Shown: positions 1 to 11,048 of the stretch, piece after piece
How the letters are laid out: each line of letters opens with the position of its first letter
Numbering within the stretch: the first letter of the stretch is position 1
NCBI GenBank assembly: GCA_001771505.1
Contig: MEUA01000005.1
Location: 10,808 to 74,807 of the forward strand
Reading direction: 5' to 3'
From: a candidate division WOR-1 bacterium RIFOXYB2_FULL_36_35
GTDB taxonomy: Bacteria > Margulisbacteria > WOR-1 > XYC2-FULL-46-14 > XYC2-FULL-37-10
DNA length: 64,000 nucleotides
The notes under the pieces: generated by a model
Databases searched by the model: none
Told to the model about the DNA's origin: nothing
The model's input: only the letters and a program-made list of their open reading frames with translations
Made by a program: the position numbers and the translations under genes

Positions 1-1046
1 ACAAAGAAAAAGTAAAAGGAACACTGGTATAGACGGTTAATATCGTCCAAATCAATATACGAAAAACCCAAGCGGCAGAATAATATTTATGACCGAAAAC
101 AAGCAAAACTATTGATTCACTTAAAATCATCCCTCCAATTGCAATAGGAATTCCCAAAAATAAATTGAAATTATATATTGCCGAAACTAATCTCTTCATT
201 TTTTCCATGTTGTTATTATATAAACGCGAGAGAACGGGAAAAATTGATTTACCCAGAACGGTCGAAAAGAGAAGCAAAGCAAATATAATTTTATAGGCGG
301 CATTATACAACCCCACACTTTCCACATTACGCATTATTCCTAACATAACAGTGTCTATAGTAAAATATACTTGGAGTAAAATGTAAGAAATCCCGAGAGG
401 CGCCGCTTCAATAAAATATTGTTTCCATTTGTGAACGTTAATTTCATTAACCTTAAAAGGAATAAAACGCAAAAAGAGCGCCAGAATCAAAATCAAGGCA
501 ACAGTTATACTGATTACAAATTCAAGAAAAGGGACTTTTATAAGATCGTTCGCACTTTTTACAAATAAAACAATAAATAACATAAGCAACAATCTATTTA
601 TGATCTTCTCCAATCCAACACACTCAAACTTTTCAATGCCTTGAAAAATCCATTCGGGCGATATATTCTTTGAAATAATAAGCAAAAACGTCACTACAAA
701 CAGCACTTTCAATTCAAACGGCATGGGAAGCAGCAAAACAATAATTATTGACAACAAATAAACCACTATTCCCCAAGTAATTCTTAACAATGCTATATTT
801 ATAGACAAGTGTTCAATCTTTATTTTATCTTTGGCCGTTTCTCTCGTGCCATATGTTGAAAATCCAGCATCGACAATTAATAAAAGATATATAAATATAG
901 CTTGAACAAAGTTGAGTAGACCAAAGGCTTTGACCCCTAAAACTCGGGCCAAATATATTACAATGATCAAGCTAAGGACTCCACTTGCAAGTTCACTAAA
1001 AAACAACCAAAAAAAATTTCTAGTAATCTGTCTGGCTATTCCCATC
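1..1046 (-). CDS. Wzx-like polysaccharide/O-antigen flippase (Polysacc_synt-type multi-TM protein). 3' end runs off the window edge (partial)
   Basis: The reverse complement from 1046 translates MGIARQITRNFFWLFFSELASGVLSLIIVIYLARVLG..., a run of hydrophobic helices typical of the Wzx/MATE-like flippase family. The ORF track shows no competing ORFs between 1 and 1050, which fits one long frame leaving the window. Confidence 0.55.
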
Positions 1047-1052
1047 TTATAA

Positions 1053-1739
1053 TTAATTATCCTTTTTAAGCAAAAACAGGAATTGATTCCCAAACATTTC
1101 CTTGAAAAATCGCTTAAATATTTTATCCATTTTTAAATAATAGACCAGTTTATTTAATCCTTTAGGCAAACTTATAAAAACATCGTATTTTTCTATCTTA
1201 TATCCCGCACTAATTATCATCCTCACCGCACTATTAAAAGTAAAGAACCTGATATGCCCGTCATCTAATAATCCTGATTCTTCATAGTTAAATCTTCCAA
1301 GCAACAACTTAAACCTTATAGACCAATGAGCAATATTCGGAAGAGAGACTATTAAGAGCCCATCATCTTTAATATATTTATGAAGTTTTTTTAATATCTT
1401 AATGGGCTGAAAAAGATGTTCCAAAACATCCGCACAAACAATTACATCAAATTGTTTTTCAGAATAAGGCAAAACAATATCTTCTATATTTCCAATAATG
1501 ACATGATCAAGAACCTTTTTTGCGCTTTGTGCCGCAACATCAGATATCTCTATGCCAAAAACTTTGTTGTTGTTTTTCTTAAGTTCTGCGCCCAAATATC
1601 CTGTCGCGCAACCAACATCCAAAACAGTCTTCTCTTTCCCCACAAAATCAATAATAGATTGATGTACCCCTCCCGGGCATAAAAACAACTTATAATTATT
1701 CGCTTTACTTTTATAATACTCTTGAGCTTGCGCTACCAT
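1053..1739 (-). CDS. class I SAM-dependent methyltransferase
   Basis: Motif I VLDVGCATGYLG plus an acidic motif II, in the Methyltransf_11/12-like layout. Confidence 0.7.
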   Translation of the reverse strand: MVAQAQEYYKSKANNYKLFLCPGGVHQSIIDFVGKEKTVLDVGCATGYLGAELKKNNNKVFGIEISDVAAQSAKKVLDHVIIGNIEDIVLPYSEKQFDVIVCADVLEHLFQPIKILKKLHKYIKDDGLLIVSLPNIAHWSIRFKLLLGRFNYEESGLLDDGHIRFFTFNSAVRMIISAGYKIEKYDVFISLPKGLNKLVYYLKMDKIFKRFFKEMFGNQFLFLLKKDN

Positions 1740-1743
1740 TAAC

Positions 1744-2664
1744 TTACTCCCAATCCTTTTTCCTCGAAAACAAAGAAAAAATCATCTTATATAAAACAGC
1801 CATCATAAAAAAAGAAACTTCTCTGAAAAAAGAAAGAAGAAACCGCTGATACAGAGGCATTTTTAAATAATTAATCTGAAAATATCTTTCACTCTCCAAA
1901 TAGCTCTTTTTTCTTTTATGAAGCGGTATCAATGCGCTATCCTTTGTAACTTTGTGAAAAATCACGCTTTTTGGAACTACATATGTAGCATATTGATATT
2001 TTAATAATTTTTCTGCAATAATACACTCTTCCCAGCCTAAAAATGTGTTTTCATCAAACATTCCTATTTTTGCAAGAATATCTGAACTAAACAACATACA
2101 ACAACCCGGAATAGCATATACTTTAAAAGGCTTTTCTCCTTTTTGCAAAACAGGTTCTACCGCCATTTTAGTCTTTACAAAAATCTCCCTTAAAGGAGTT
2201 AAAAAAGCAATGTATGAAAAAAAATTAATCCTTTTTAAAAAATATCCCTGCCAATGAAGGCGTTTATTATCTTCTATTATTTTAGGGCCAACCAATGCAA
2301 CATTTGAATTATTAAAGACTTCCAGCAATAAAGGGAGAAAATCAGGACTAACAAGCGTATCATTATTTAAGGCTAATATATATTTACTTTTATATTTTGA
2401 CAGAGCAAACCTTATTCCTATATTATTCCCGCGGGCAAAACCTAAATTCTCTTTATTTTCAATAATATCAACCCTATCCTCAAATTCGCTGTTCTGTTTG
2501 AGCCATTCTTTTATTTTTAAGATTGAATCATTAAAAGAGCCATTATCCACTAATACTATTTTATAATCACTAAAGTCCATTTTAAAAAGCGATTCCATGC
2601 AATAAATAGTATCTTGGTACCCGTTATAATTTAATATAATTATAGAAATATCTGAACTATTCAT
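1744..2664 (-). CDS. family 2 glycosyltransferase (GT-A fold)
   Basis: N-terminal SIIILNYNGYQDTIYCMESL ... VLVDNGSFNDS, the typical GT2 start with a DxD-type region. Confidence 0.7.
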   Translation of the reverse strand: MNSSDISIIILNYNGYQDTIYCMESLFKMDFSDYKIVLVDNGSFNDSILKIKEWLKQNSEFEDRVDIIENKENLGFARGNNIGIRFALSKYKSKYILALNNDTLVSPDFLPLLLEVFNNSNVALVGPKIIEDNKRLHWQGYFLKRINFFSYIAFLTPLREIFVKTKMAVEPVLQKGEKPFKVYAIPGCCMLFSSDILAKIGMFDENTFLGWEECIIAEKLLKYQYATYVVPKSVIFHKVTKDSALIPLHKRKKSYLESERYFQINYLKMPLYQRFLLSFFREVSFFMMAVLYKMIFSLFSRKKDWE

Positions 2665-3796
2665 TTTTATTTTTCAATATACGCTGATAAGCCTTTAGTG
2701 TAGAGGCTGCCGCCTTATCCCACGTATAATTTTTGAGGATATGTTCTTTAAGCTTTGGGTTTAAGGGGGCATTATAAGCTTTTAAAACAGCATCTCTTAT
2801 GGAAGATATATCAGAAGGATCACAATAATAAGCCATATCAAGAAAATATTCTTTCGTGTATCCACGATTGGTTATTACAACATTGCAATCAGCCAAAGCT
2901 CCTTCCAAACAAGACAGACCGGTTGTTTCTCCCCAACTCGGCAAAACAATTGTTTTTGCTCCCCAATAAATTGAAACAAGTTCTTCCTGAGTAGTTTTAT
3001 CAAGCAAAAACATTTTCCCTTTATTTTGATCACACATCTGTTTTAATCTTCTGTAATAACCTATATGAGTATTGGCAACACTGCCAATCATAATCAAAGG
3101 GATTTCGGTATCTTGAATTGCTTTTATAAGGTCATACTGATTTTTTCTGACAATATAGTTAGCAACACACAGAATATAATCTTTTACGCCAAACTTTTCA
3201 ACAAAAGAATCATCTCTTTTTGTAAAAATAAGATCTACGGCATTAGGCACTATTTCAAAATCTTTTATCTCTTCATACTTTTCTTTGATTTTTTCAAGTT
3301 CCATATAAGAATTGGGTAAAATGATATCTGCTCCCATAATTACACTCTTTTGCTGCTCAATAAATCCCATCGTCAACTGTTTCCACATAGCTTTTAATTG
3401 TCTAAAATCCATTATTGTTCTATATATACATTTTATTTTTTCCCTATTATCTTTATTGAATCTTTTTAAAATAACTCCCTTGATTCCATATGTAGCCTTG
3501 GTATCAAGTTCATTATAATCAGAATAAATAGTAGAAAGAGCAATCGGCTTATTTTGCCTTCTCGCGTTAATATATTGAAGATAGGTTTCATGCACTCTGG
3601 TAACATTAAAAAGATGGACAAGATCATATTTATCAAGATTAGGTTCAAGATCAAGAGAAATATCGACAGAAAGCTCAAGCTTCTCCAAAAATTCTTTTGT
3701 CTTTTTCATTTGGATGGTATCTCCACCAGGCGCGGAAAAAGCATCAACTCGATTTTGCATTAAGACTTTCATTTTATCTCTAATCACTCCAAGCAT
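2657..3796 (-). CDS. GT4-type (GT-B fold) glycosyltransferase
   Basis: C-terminal LPSWGETTGLSCLEGALADCNVVITNRG, the E-x7-E signature of the GT1/GT4 superfamily. Confidence 0.7.
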   Translation of the reverse strand: MLGVIRDKMKVLMQNRVDAFSAPGGDTIQMKKTKEFLEKLELSVDISLDLEPNLDKYDLVHLFNVTRVHETYLQYINARRQNKPIALSTIYSDYNELDTKATYGIKGVILKRFNKDNREKIKCIYRTIMDFRQLKAMWKQLTMGFIEQQKSVIMGADIILPNSYMELEKIKEKYEEIKDFEIVPNAVDLIFTKRDDSFVEKFGVKDYILCVANYIVRKNQYDLIKAIQDTEIPLIMIGSVANTHIGYYRRLKQMCDQNKGKMFLLDKTTQEELVSIYWGAKTIVLPSWGETTGLSCLEGALADCNVVITNRGYTKEYFLDMAYYCDPSDISSIRDAVLKAYNAPLNPKLKEHILKNYTWDKAAASTLKAYQRILKNKNE

Positions 3797-4613
3797 GTAG
3801 CATGACAGGCTTCCCCCATTTTTCTTCTATCCCTTTTGTCAATATTTTATATCCAGGATTTATTTTCAGGAGAAAGGATGAAATCATCTCTGCATCTTCT
3901 TTTTTATGATAAGTTGTAATTGCTATTTTTGGTCTGTTTTTCTCTATTGTACGAACAGCCCCTTCAAGCATTTGAAGCTCAAACCCTTCAAGATCCGCTT
4001 TTAAATAATTTACATCAATCTCCTTTTCAAAAAACAGACTATCAATAGTAGAAATAGATATTCGATTTGATAAGTTATTTTTATTATCTTTTGACAAAGT
4101 TATAGATGAAAAAATCCCATTATTTGATATTACCCCTTCCCCTGTTTTATTAGACACAGCAACAGGCAAAAGAACAATATTGTCAATATTTTTAAAGCTC
4201 AATCTCATGGATTCAATAAATTCAGGTAATGGTTCAATCGCATAAACTCTTTTGCATCTGTCAGCTATCAACATGCCAAATAATCCTTCGGCAGCTCCAC
4301 AATCCACAACTATATCTTCCTTAGAAACCTTTGTTTCATCAACCTCATAATAATGCCAATCATTTGGATAAAACAGTTCAGCAATTACCTGATATAACAT
4401 TTTAAGGCTTGCGTTTTTAGGGTAATAAAAAGGTTTTTCAAAATTATTAAAATATATTTCAATGTCATTTTCTCTAATGTTTAAGCTTTTAATGACCTTT
4501 TTTGCTTTTCTCACATATGGCAGACCAAAGATTCTTTCAAGTAATGCAAAAAACGAAACTCCATTTTTGTTACCATCAAGCCACTGTTTTAAGATTGTAA
4601 AGCGTCCGAACAT
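3780..4613 (-). CDS. FkbM-family methyltransferase
   Basis: VVDCGAAEGLFGMLIADRCKRVYAIEPLPEF, the characteristic FkbM MTase core. It overlaps its neighbours (coupled translation). Confidence 0.6.
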   Translation of the reverse strand: MFGRFTILKQWLDGNKNGVSFFALLERIFGLPYVRKAKKVIKSLNIRENDIEIYFNNFEKPFYYPKNASLKMLYQVIAELFYPNDWHYYEVDETKVSKEDIVVDCGAAEGLFGMLIADRCKRVYAIEPLPEFIESMRLSFKNIDNIVLLPVAVSNKTGEGVISNNGIFSSITLSKDNKNNLSNRISISTIDSLFFEKEIDVNYLKADLEGFELQMLEGAVRTIEKNRPKIAITTYHKKEDAEMISSFLLKINPGYKILTKGIEEKWGKPVMLHAWSD

Positions 4614-5959
4614 AATATTTTATCTCCCAATGAGTCATGACGTTTAGTTTCTTTATAAATTTTACCAGAAAAATAATATAAAAAGATAAAGAAAAACATT
4701 CCATCAACAAAATAATTACCATACCTAATAAGCCTTAATAGAATCAGGACAAAAATACCATTATTGATGATTGACATGCGATTATAATAATCAAAATTAT
4801 TATCTGTTTTTTTGCTACTGTTTTTTGGAAAAATAAAAAATTTAATCAAAAAATAAAGAAGAATGATTACTCCAAAAAGCCCTGTTTCTGTTAATAACCT
4901 TAAAAACATTGAATTTGCATCATTTTTTGATACAAACAAGCCCCAGCCATGCACCAAAAAATCCCTATTATTTTTAAAAATCTCAGGGCCGATAAATTGC
5001 TCAACATATTTATCAAAAGCCTCAGGATAAGTGCCAAGTCCTGTGCCAAATAATGGAGTATTTTTTAATGACTCTATGGTAACTCCAAAATTTGCATACC
5101 AAATAAAGACACTTGCATCAACCAACATATTTGATGATTGCAATAATGAAGTTACTCCGTCAACCCTATTCTTAAAATCGGGAATTTTTGAATAAAAATT
5201 AGAAGCCAATATTGAAATTAAGATCAACGCTATAGGCAAATAAAAAATCCGTTTATTTTTCAAGCTAAAAAATCGATTTCTATATAAAATAAGAATCAAC
5301 GCAAAAAACAACCCCATATAACCAGTTGATGAAAATGTCAAGACAAAAGTCGACAAAATAATTATACTTCTAAAGAAATTCATATAAATTGAACTCCGTG
5401 TAAGAATATTATTCAACGCAACAAACATTGCAGGTGACAGTATAATTGACAAAACTGAAGGCTCTTGCATAATTGAATCTATTCTTACAAGACCGGACAA
5501 TCCATAAATAACGCGCTTCCCAGGGATAAAAAAACTCCAGTCATATCCATAACGGAATTTGATTAAAAAAGAAAATTCCTGAATCAGACCTAAAAGACAA
5601 ACAAAAAAAACCACATTTAAATATATACGAAAGAGATAATCAACATCATAATCATTTATTTTAATAAGCAGATAATAAGCTGATGCAGAAAAAAGGATTC
5701 CTAGCTGCTTCAAAACAAGAAGAACGGAAAAACCGCTAAAAGAAATATTAATAATAGAAAGAAAAAAAACAACAGAAAACAAAACAAAAAAAGTTGTATT
5801 GATAATTTCTACTCTATTCAAAAAAGCAATAACTAAAAAAACAAAAAATATTATATAAAATAGATAAAAGTCAAAAGCCCCTCGCAATAGAACAAAACTC
5901 CCCAAAAACATTGTCAAAACCATAATATAATTAACAATCACCTTAAATTCTAAACGCAC
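4589..5959 (-). CDS. O-antigen ligase / Wzy-like polymerase family integral membrane protein
   Basis: About 10-12 predicted TM helices and a large loop containing PLFGTGLGTYPEAF, which resembles the Wzy_C/O-antigen ligase loop motif. Confidence 0.5.
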   Translation of the reverse strand: MRLEFKVIVNYIMVLTMFLGSFVLLRGAFDFYLFYIIFFVFLVIAFLNRVEIINTTFFVLFSVVFFLSIINISFSGFSVLLVLKQLGILFSASAYYLLIKINDYDVDYLFRIYLNVVFFVCLLGLIQEFSFLIKFRYGYDWSFFIPGKRVIYGLSGLVRIDSIMQEPSVLSIILSPAMFVALNNILTRSSIYMNFFRSIIILSTFVLTFSSTGYMGLFFALILILYRNRFFSLKNKRIFYLPIALILISILASNFYSKIPDFKNRVDGVTSLLQSSNMLVDASVFIWYANFGVTIESLKNTPLFGTGLGTYPEAFDKYVEQFIGPEIFKNNRDFLVHGWGLFVSKNDANSMFLRLLTETGLFGVIILLYFLIKFFIFPKNSSKKTDNNFDYYNRMSIINNGIFVLILLRLIRYGNYFVDGMFFFIFLYYFSGKIYKETKRHDSLGDKILCSDALQS

Positions 5960-6777
5960 AAAATATCCTTCATTCTAGAAAAATACACTTTTAAATTCAG
6001 CAGTTTAAACTTAAATAATATTAACAAAGAATAAAACAATCTATGGCCTTTTTTTTTAAAAAATCGATATTTCTCCTGAATCTGCTTCCTCTCTTCTATT
6101 GCCTGCTTTTCCTTAGATTCAGACAATCTTTTTTTATGAAATCTAAACTTTGTTATCGGATACTTTAATCTCTTAGCTTTATATCTATCCCCTAATCTCA
6201 AAAAAAAGTCATAGTCTGCAGATAGTTTATATCTATCATCAAGATGTCCCACCTGATTAAAAACTTCTTTCCTAAAGAATGTTGTTGGATGAGGAATATA
6301 ACAATAGTTAGAAAATAATAGCATTTTCCAGTTATAGTTAGGGATTCTATAAATATTTTTTATTTTGGAATTTTCATCAATAGAACAAAAATCACCATAA
6401 ACCCAATACAACTCATTGTCTTTCATAAACTCATCAACAACTCTTTTCACTACATTATTATAAAAATACAAATCATCAGAATGCAAAGAGGCAATTATTT
6501 CACCTTTCGCAACACTTATTCCTTTATTTATTGCATCATATAATCCGTGATCCGGTTCACTTACCCAATAATCAATATTTTTTTCATATTTTTTGATTAT
6601 ATCTAATGTACTATCTGTTGATCCTCCATCAATTATGATATATTCGATATTTGGATAATTTTGATTTATAACGCTTTGTATGGTTTCCTCGAAATATTTT
6701 TCACCGTTTAAGACAACTGTGATAATGCTTACAAATGGAGGTTTGTCTATTCTTTTGTATTTTTTATTACTAAACAT
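5950..6777 (-). CDS. family 2 glycosyltransferase
   Basis: VSIITVVLNGEKYFEETIQSVINQNYPNIEYIIIDGGSTDST. Confidence 0.7.
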   Translation of the reverse strand: MFSNKKYKRIDKPPFVSIITVVLNGEKYFEETIQSVINQNYPNIEYIIIDGGSTDSTLDIIKKYEKNIDYWVSEPDHGLYDAINKGISVAKGEIIASLHSDDLYFYNNVVKRVVDEFMKDNELYWVYGDFCSIDENSKIKNIYRIPNYNWKMLLFSNYCYIPHPTTFFRKEVFNQVGHLDDRYKLSADYDFFLRLGDRYKAKRLKYPITKFRFHKKRLSESKEKQAIEERKQIQEKYRFFKKKGHRLFYSLLILFKFKLLNLKVYFSRMKDILCV

Positions 6778-7882
6778 TATATTTAGTTTTTAATATTAAT
6801 TTTATGTTTTCACAAATATATTTGATTTCAGATTTTTTCAGGCCTGGATAAGAAGGAAGATTTATTCCTCTCTGATATATTTTATGGGTAATCGGGGTAT
6901 GTGCCTTATCATACATTGGCATATCAGAAACAGGATAAAAATAAGGTCTACTATCTATCCCATTCTTTCTTAATTCCAAAACAAGCTTATCTCTTTGATC
7001 TTTAACAAAACCTTCTATTTCAAGAGAAATCATCCAATAAACATTTTTTGCCCACTTAGAAGTATAATTCAATTTTAATTTATCATGACCGGATAATTGT
7101 GCATGGTACAGTTTAAATATTTCTCTTTTGTATTCCAACAACTCATCAATCCTCTCAAGCTGTGCAAAACCTAATGCTGCCTGAAGATTGGTAATGCGAT
7201 AATTATATCCGATCATACAATGCCAATATCTCTGCTTTTTGCTCATTGCATGATCTCTTAAGTTTTTTGACTTTTCATAAAAAACACTATCATTAGTGGT
7301 AATCATGCCACCTTCACCTGAAGTTATTATTTTATTACCATAAAAACTAAATATCGCAGCATCTCCAATGGATCCAACCTTTTTAGTATTGATTTCGGCG
7401 CCATGCGCTTCAGCCGCATCCTCAATCACTAAAAGATCATATTTCTTGGCAATTTTTATAACCTCAGACATATTTGCAGGATGACCATACAAGTGAACAG
7501 GAATGATAGCCTTAGTCTTTTTGTTTATAGCCCTTGTTATGCTTTTTGGATCAATACATAAGTTATTTTCATCTATATCAACAGTTACAACTTTTGCGCC
7601 AGTATAAGTTATAGCATTGGCTGTAGCAATAAAGGTTAGATCAGGAATTATCACTTCATCCCCAGGTTTAATCCCGTAAGCTATCAATGATAAATGCAAT
7701 GCAGTTGTACCATTAGATACAGCTAAAGCATGCTTTACCCCACAAAACTCAGCAAAATTATTTTCAAATTTATCTATAAATTCGCCACTTGAGGATACCC
7801 ATCCTGATTTTATCGCTTTGTTAACATATTCAATTTCTTTTTTTGTAATCGAGGGTCTAGAAATTGGTATAAACTTTTCCAT
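6770..7882 (-). CDS. DegT/DnrJ/EryC1/StrS-family PLP-dependent sugar aminotransferase
   Basis: ALAVSNGTTALHLSL ... EDAAEAHGA ... GDAAIFSFYGNKIITSGEGG, the typical fold-type I sugar aminotransferase motifs. Confidence 0.8.
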   Translation of the reverse strand: MEKFIPISRPSITKKEIEYVNKAIKSGWVSSSGEFIDKFENNFAEFCGVKHALAVSNGTTALHLSLIAYGIKPGDEVIIPDLTFIATANAITYTGAKVVTVDIDENNLCIDPKSITRAINKKTKAIIPVHLYGHPANMSEVIKIAKKYDLLVIEDAAEAHGAEINTKKVGSIGDAAIFSFYGNKIITSGEGGMITTNDSVFYEKSKNLRDHAMSKKQRYWHCMIGYNYRITNLQAALGFAQLERIDELLEYKREIFKLYHAQLSGHDKLKLNYTSKWAKNVYWMISLEIEGFVKDQRDKLVLELRKNGIDSRPYFYPVSDMPMYDKAHTPITHKIYQRGINLPSYPGLKKSEIKYICENIKLILKTKYNV

Positions 7883-7934
7883 TATTCACCTCCAAACAAA
7901 CTTAAACCGACTAATTTTCGATAAACTCTGTTAT

Positions 7935-8918
7935 CTACAAAATACTTTTATATACATCAAGATATGCCTGGCTAACTTCTTTCCATGTGGGTACTAGATA
8001 TTTTTTATTTATTCTATCAGGACAATTATAAAAAGATTGTATTTGGCATTGCAATTTACTCATATCTTTTAAATCCCCAAATTCAGCATATCCATCATAT
8101 AATCCCCTTGCCCATCCCAAATCAGGCAAAAAGACCGGACACCCTAATGCAAAAGCCTCCAAAGTTGCGTAATTAAAAGACTCTGTCTTGCTCAAGAGAA
8201 TAAAACCTCTCGCTCTTTTCAAATATTCAATTTTTTCTGCTTCTCCTACAAATCCTTTATAAATAACATTTTTATTATCAACAAGAGATAAAAATTCAAG
8301 ATAATAAGGATCATTCTTCCCATATGGTTTTCCAAGAAATATTATTGGTAAATTTAACTTCTTTGCTATTTTGCCTAAAAGAACGTTATTTTTCCTTTCA
8401 TGAATTGTACTAATACTGATTAAATAATTAGATCGTACAGGGAGGTTCTTTTCTATAAAATATTTATCATCAATTCCATGCGAAATAACATAAGACTTAT
8501 CTAACTCCGCATTAAAAAGATAATTTCCCATTAGTTTATCAGGGTTTGAAGGATAAATATAAGCGTCTGCAATAATGGGATACTTAAAGCCTAGACTGGT
8601 TGCATAGTTAGCAAATACTCTATTAAAAGCTTTTATGAACAATTTTCTGCCGAATAATTCTTTTTTCCCTTTAGAAGTATATCCATCAAGATAAACATAA
8701 CTAACAATTTTAATGCCTTTTATCTTTGCAAATTTAGCAGCATTACTTGGCAAATAAAACATATTTATTATATCTCCATGCTGCTTTTCATCCCACCATT
8801 TTAAAGGCTCCACTTCAACACCCAACTCAGGCAAATGCGTCATTAACCCCTCAACCAGAACCTGCTCTCCCCCATGCGCCCAAGCAAACGGATACTCAAC
8901 ATCAAATAATATTTTCAA
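7935..8918 (-). CDS. GT4-type (GT-B) glycosyltransferase
   Basis: C-terminal KTESFNYATLEAFALGCPV, the E-x7-E motif. Confidence 0.55.
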   Translation of the reverse strand: MKILFDVEYPFAWAHGGEQVLVEGLMTHLPELGVEVEPLKWWDEKQHGDIINMFYLPSNAAKFAKIKGIKIVSYVYLDGYTSKGKKELFGRKLFIKAFNRVFANYATSLGFKYPIIADAYIYPSNPDKLMGNYLFNAELDKSYVISHGIDDKYFIEKNLPVRSNYLISISTIHERKNNVLLGKIAKKLNLPIIFLGKPYGKNDPYYLEFLSLVDNKNVIYKGFVGEAEKIEYLKRARGFILLSKTESFNYATLEAFALGCPVFLPDLGWARGLYDGYAEFGDLKDMSKLQCQIQSFYNCPDRINKKYLVPTWKEVSQAYLDVYKSIL

Positions 8919-8945
8919 ATTAATCCCCTTTATAATATTTGCTAA

Positions 8946-9791
8946 CTAATCCATGCGTTTTTGGCAAACACAAACAATCATATGATAAAACAAATTAGGA
9001 AATAGTTTTAATAAGATTCTTGCAAGCAAACTTAACTCTGCACGACCATTTTCATAATCCCATTTACCACCAAAAGGAGTAATGTCATGAAAAACTGCAT
9101 CAGTCTTGAAGGCCGGAAAGATTTCAAGAACTTTAAAACCCGCATTTCTCACATATCTATCAAACGTTTTTAGTGGAATTCTATATTCAAAAAAATAATA
9201 ACCTTTGTCATTTATTCCGTGCATAAGCTGTAATCCATTTATCTGCTTTTTTAAGAGTGTTATCAAATCATTAAATTTATCTCCGTTTTTTCGCTTTAAC
9301 ATAAAAGATTTTATAAGCTGAAAAGGTTTTTTTATTGTGTAAACTAATTTCCGTACCGGGGTTACTATGGGAACAGTGATTATCAACGTTCCGTCATTTT
9401 TAAGTGTTCGATAAGCTTCTTTCAGCGCCAACTCCGGACCATCAACAGAATGTTCTACTGTTCCTAAGGATAAAATCATATCATATTCTTCATCGTTTAT
9501 TTTTGTGTCCCGAGCATCACCTTGAATTATTTTAATATTTCCATCGTATGTTTTAATTCTGTCAACAGTCTGTTGACTCCAATCTAATCCGGTAATATCA
9601 TATCCCTTTCTGTGGAAATAGAATACCCATTTGCCAGAACCGCAACCGGACTCCAGTATTTTCATTCCTTTTTTAATATATTTTTCAAATATTGAAAATA
9701 TTTCAGTAGATGGGCAATCTTTGATATGTTTTTCGATATCCTGGGATGCCCATTGAGTATCAAATTTTTCCTTAATTGGATTAATGTTCAT
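8946..9791 (-). CDS. class I SAM-dependent methyltransferase
   Basis: ILESGCGSGKWVFYF motif I. Confidence 0.65.
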   Translation of the reverse strand: MNINPIKEKFDTQWASQDIEKHIKDCPSTEIFSIFEKYIKKGMKILESGCGSGKWVFYFHRKGYDITGLDWSQQTVDRIKTYDGNIKIIQGDARDTKINDEEYDMILSLGTVEHSVDGPELALKEAYRTLKNDGTLIITVPIVTPVRKLVYTIKKPFQLIKSFMLKRKNGDKFNDLITLLKKQINGLQLMHGINDKGYYFFEYRIPLKTFDRYVRNAGFKVLEIFPAFKTDAVFHDITPFGGKWDYENGRAELSLLARILLKLFPNLFYHMIVCVCQKRMD

Positions 9792-11014
9792 GTAATTAGT
9801 AACTCCTTATTATTTAGTAAACTTTTATATATCTGTGCAATTTTTACCCCATATTCACTTATGTCACACATTGCACGTACTTTTAGATAACCTTGTTTAC
9901 CTAAATCATTTCTCAAACTTGAATCATTAATCAGATCAATAACTTTTTCTGCAATCTTCTCAGGATGCCCCGAAGGAATAAGATACCCGGACAAACCATC
10001 TTTGATAAAAAAATCTGATGTTCCTGTTGCAACAATTGGTTTAGAGCAAGCCATTGATTCAATGATATCCCGTCCCCAAGGGTCTCCTGCCAAAGAAGGT
10101 CTAACAATAATATCTATAGCTTCAAGAATATTAAATACTTCATATGAATAAGGTACCATCATTACATGTTCTCCAATATTATTATCTTTAATATATTTTA
10201 ACACTTCTTGTCTATAATTACTTCTAAAAACAAGCCTCTTTACAACTCTCTTCCATATTGGCAATTGAGGATAAATACCCAATAGTACAAATAAAAAAGG
10301 ATATTTTGTCTCTTTTCTATCAATTATTATTTTCAAAGCTTTTAAAAAATCAAAATGCCCTTTTGATTTATGAAATTGTCCCATCATACCAACAAGAACA
10401 GTTTCATTTTTAATCTGATTATCTTCCCTAAACGTACTTTGTATTTTATCGATCTTAGAAAAATCAAAGGGATTAGGAATAATATGAAGGTTCGGATGCC
10501 CGATAAAATTTTGGGCTTCATTATCACTAATTGTAATAATAGCATCGGAATATTTCATGATTTGATTTATCATATATTTCTGAACTATTCCAAAGCCATA
10601 TTTTGGAATCATTTCTCTAACATGTGTAACAATTTTTATATTGGAATGTTTCTTAATAAATTTATGAACATGAGGAAAAACACTGCTGTTAACATGTAAA
10701 ATATCTATTTCTTCTTTTTTTAAAAGCCCAACAAGAGCCTTAGGTTTGTACAATTTTTTAAGATAAAAACTCAAAAGAGAAGTTCTTCCTCCTGCCTGAT
10801 CGTTATATATATGAGGCATTTTAATCAGCTCTATCTTCTCACAATGTTTAAGAAAATCCTTTTTCATTTGTTCTGATTTACAGGAAGTAATATAAAGATT
10901 TTTTTCATATTCATTGTTATCTATAGATTTTATAAGAAGATACAAACTCGTGGTCGCACCCCCATAATATAGGCCATGTCCTAAGTATGCAATTTTCTTT
11001 CTGTTTTTTTTCAT
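9788..11014 (-). CDS. GT4-type (GT-B) glycosyltransferase
   Basis: RPSLAGDPWGRDIIESMACSKPIVATG, an E-x7-E-like C-terminal motif, and a length typical of GT4. Confidence 0.65.
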   Translation of the reverse strand: MKKNRKKIAYLGHGLYYGGATTSLYLLIKSIDNNEYEKNLYITSCKSEQMKKDFLKHCEKIELIKMPHIYNDQAGGRTSLLSFYLKKLYKPKALVGLLKKEEIDILHVNSSVFPHVHKFIKKHSNIKIVTHVREMIPKYGFGIVQKYMINQIMKYSDAIITISDNEAQNFIGHPNLHIIPNPFDFSKIDKIQSTFREDNQIKNETVLVGMMGQFHKSKGHFDFLKALKIIIDRKETKYPFLFVLLGIYPQLPIWKRVVKRLVFRSNYRQEVLKYIKDNNIGEHVMMVPYSYEVFNILEAIDIIVRPSLAGDPWGRDIIESMACSKPIVATGTSDFFIKDGLSGYLIPSGHPEKIAEKVIDLINDSSLRNDLGKQGYLKVRAMCDISEYGVKIAQIYKSLLNNKELLIT

Positions 11015-11048
11015 GTCTTATATCTTAAATATATCAAAAACAAAAAAC

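Noticed and set aside
1416-1682. Plus-strand 88-aa ORF (and about 40 similar plus-strand ORFs of 60-150 aa across 2045-60435, e.g. 2045-2257, 10370-10699, 11479-11925, 46977-47363, 53855-54166).
   Set aside because: All lie antisense inside long, well-supported minus-strand genes. They encode low-complexity AT-codon-rich peptides (runs of F/I/K/N/L) with no recognisable motifs. This is the expected result of random open frames in AT-rich DNA.
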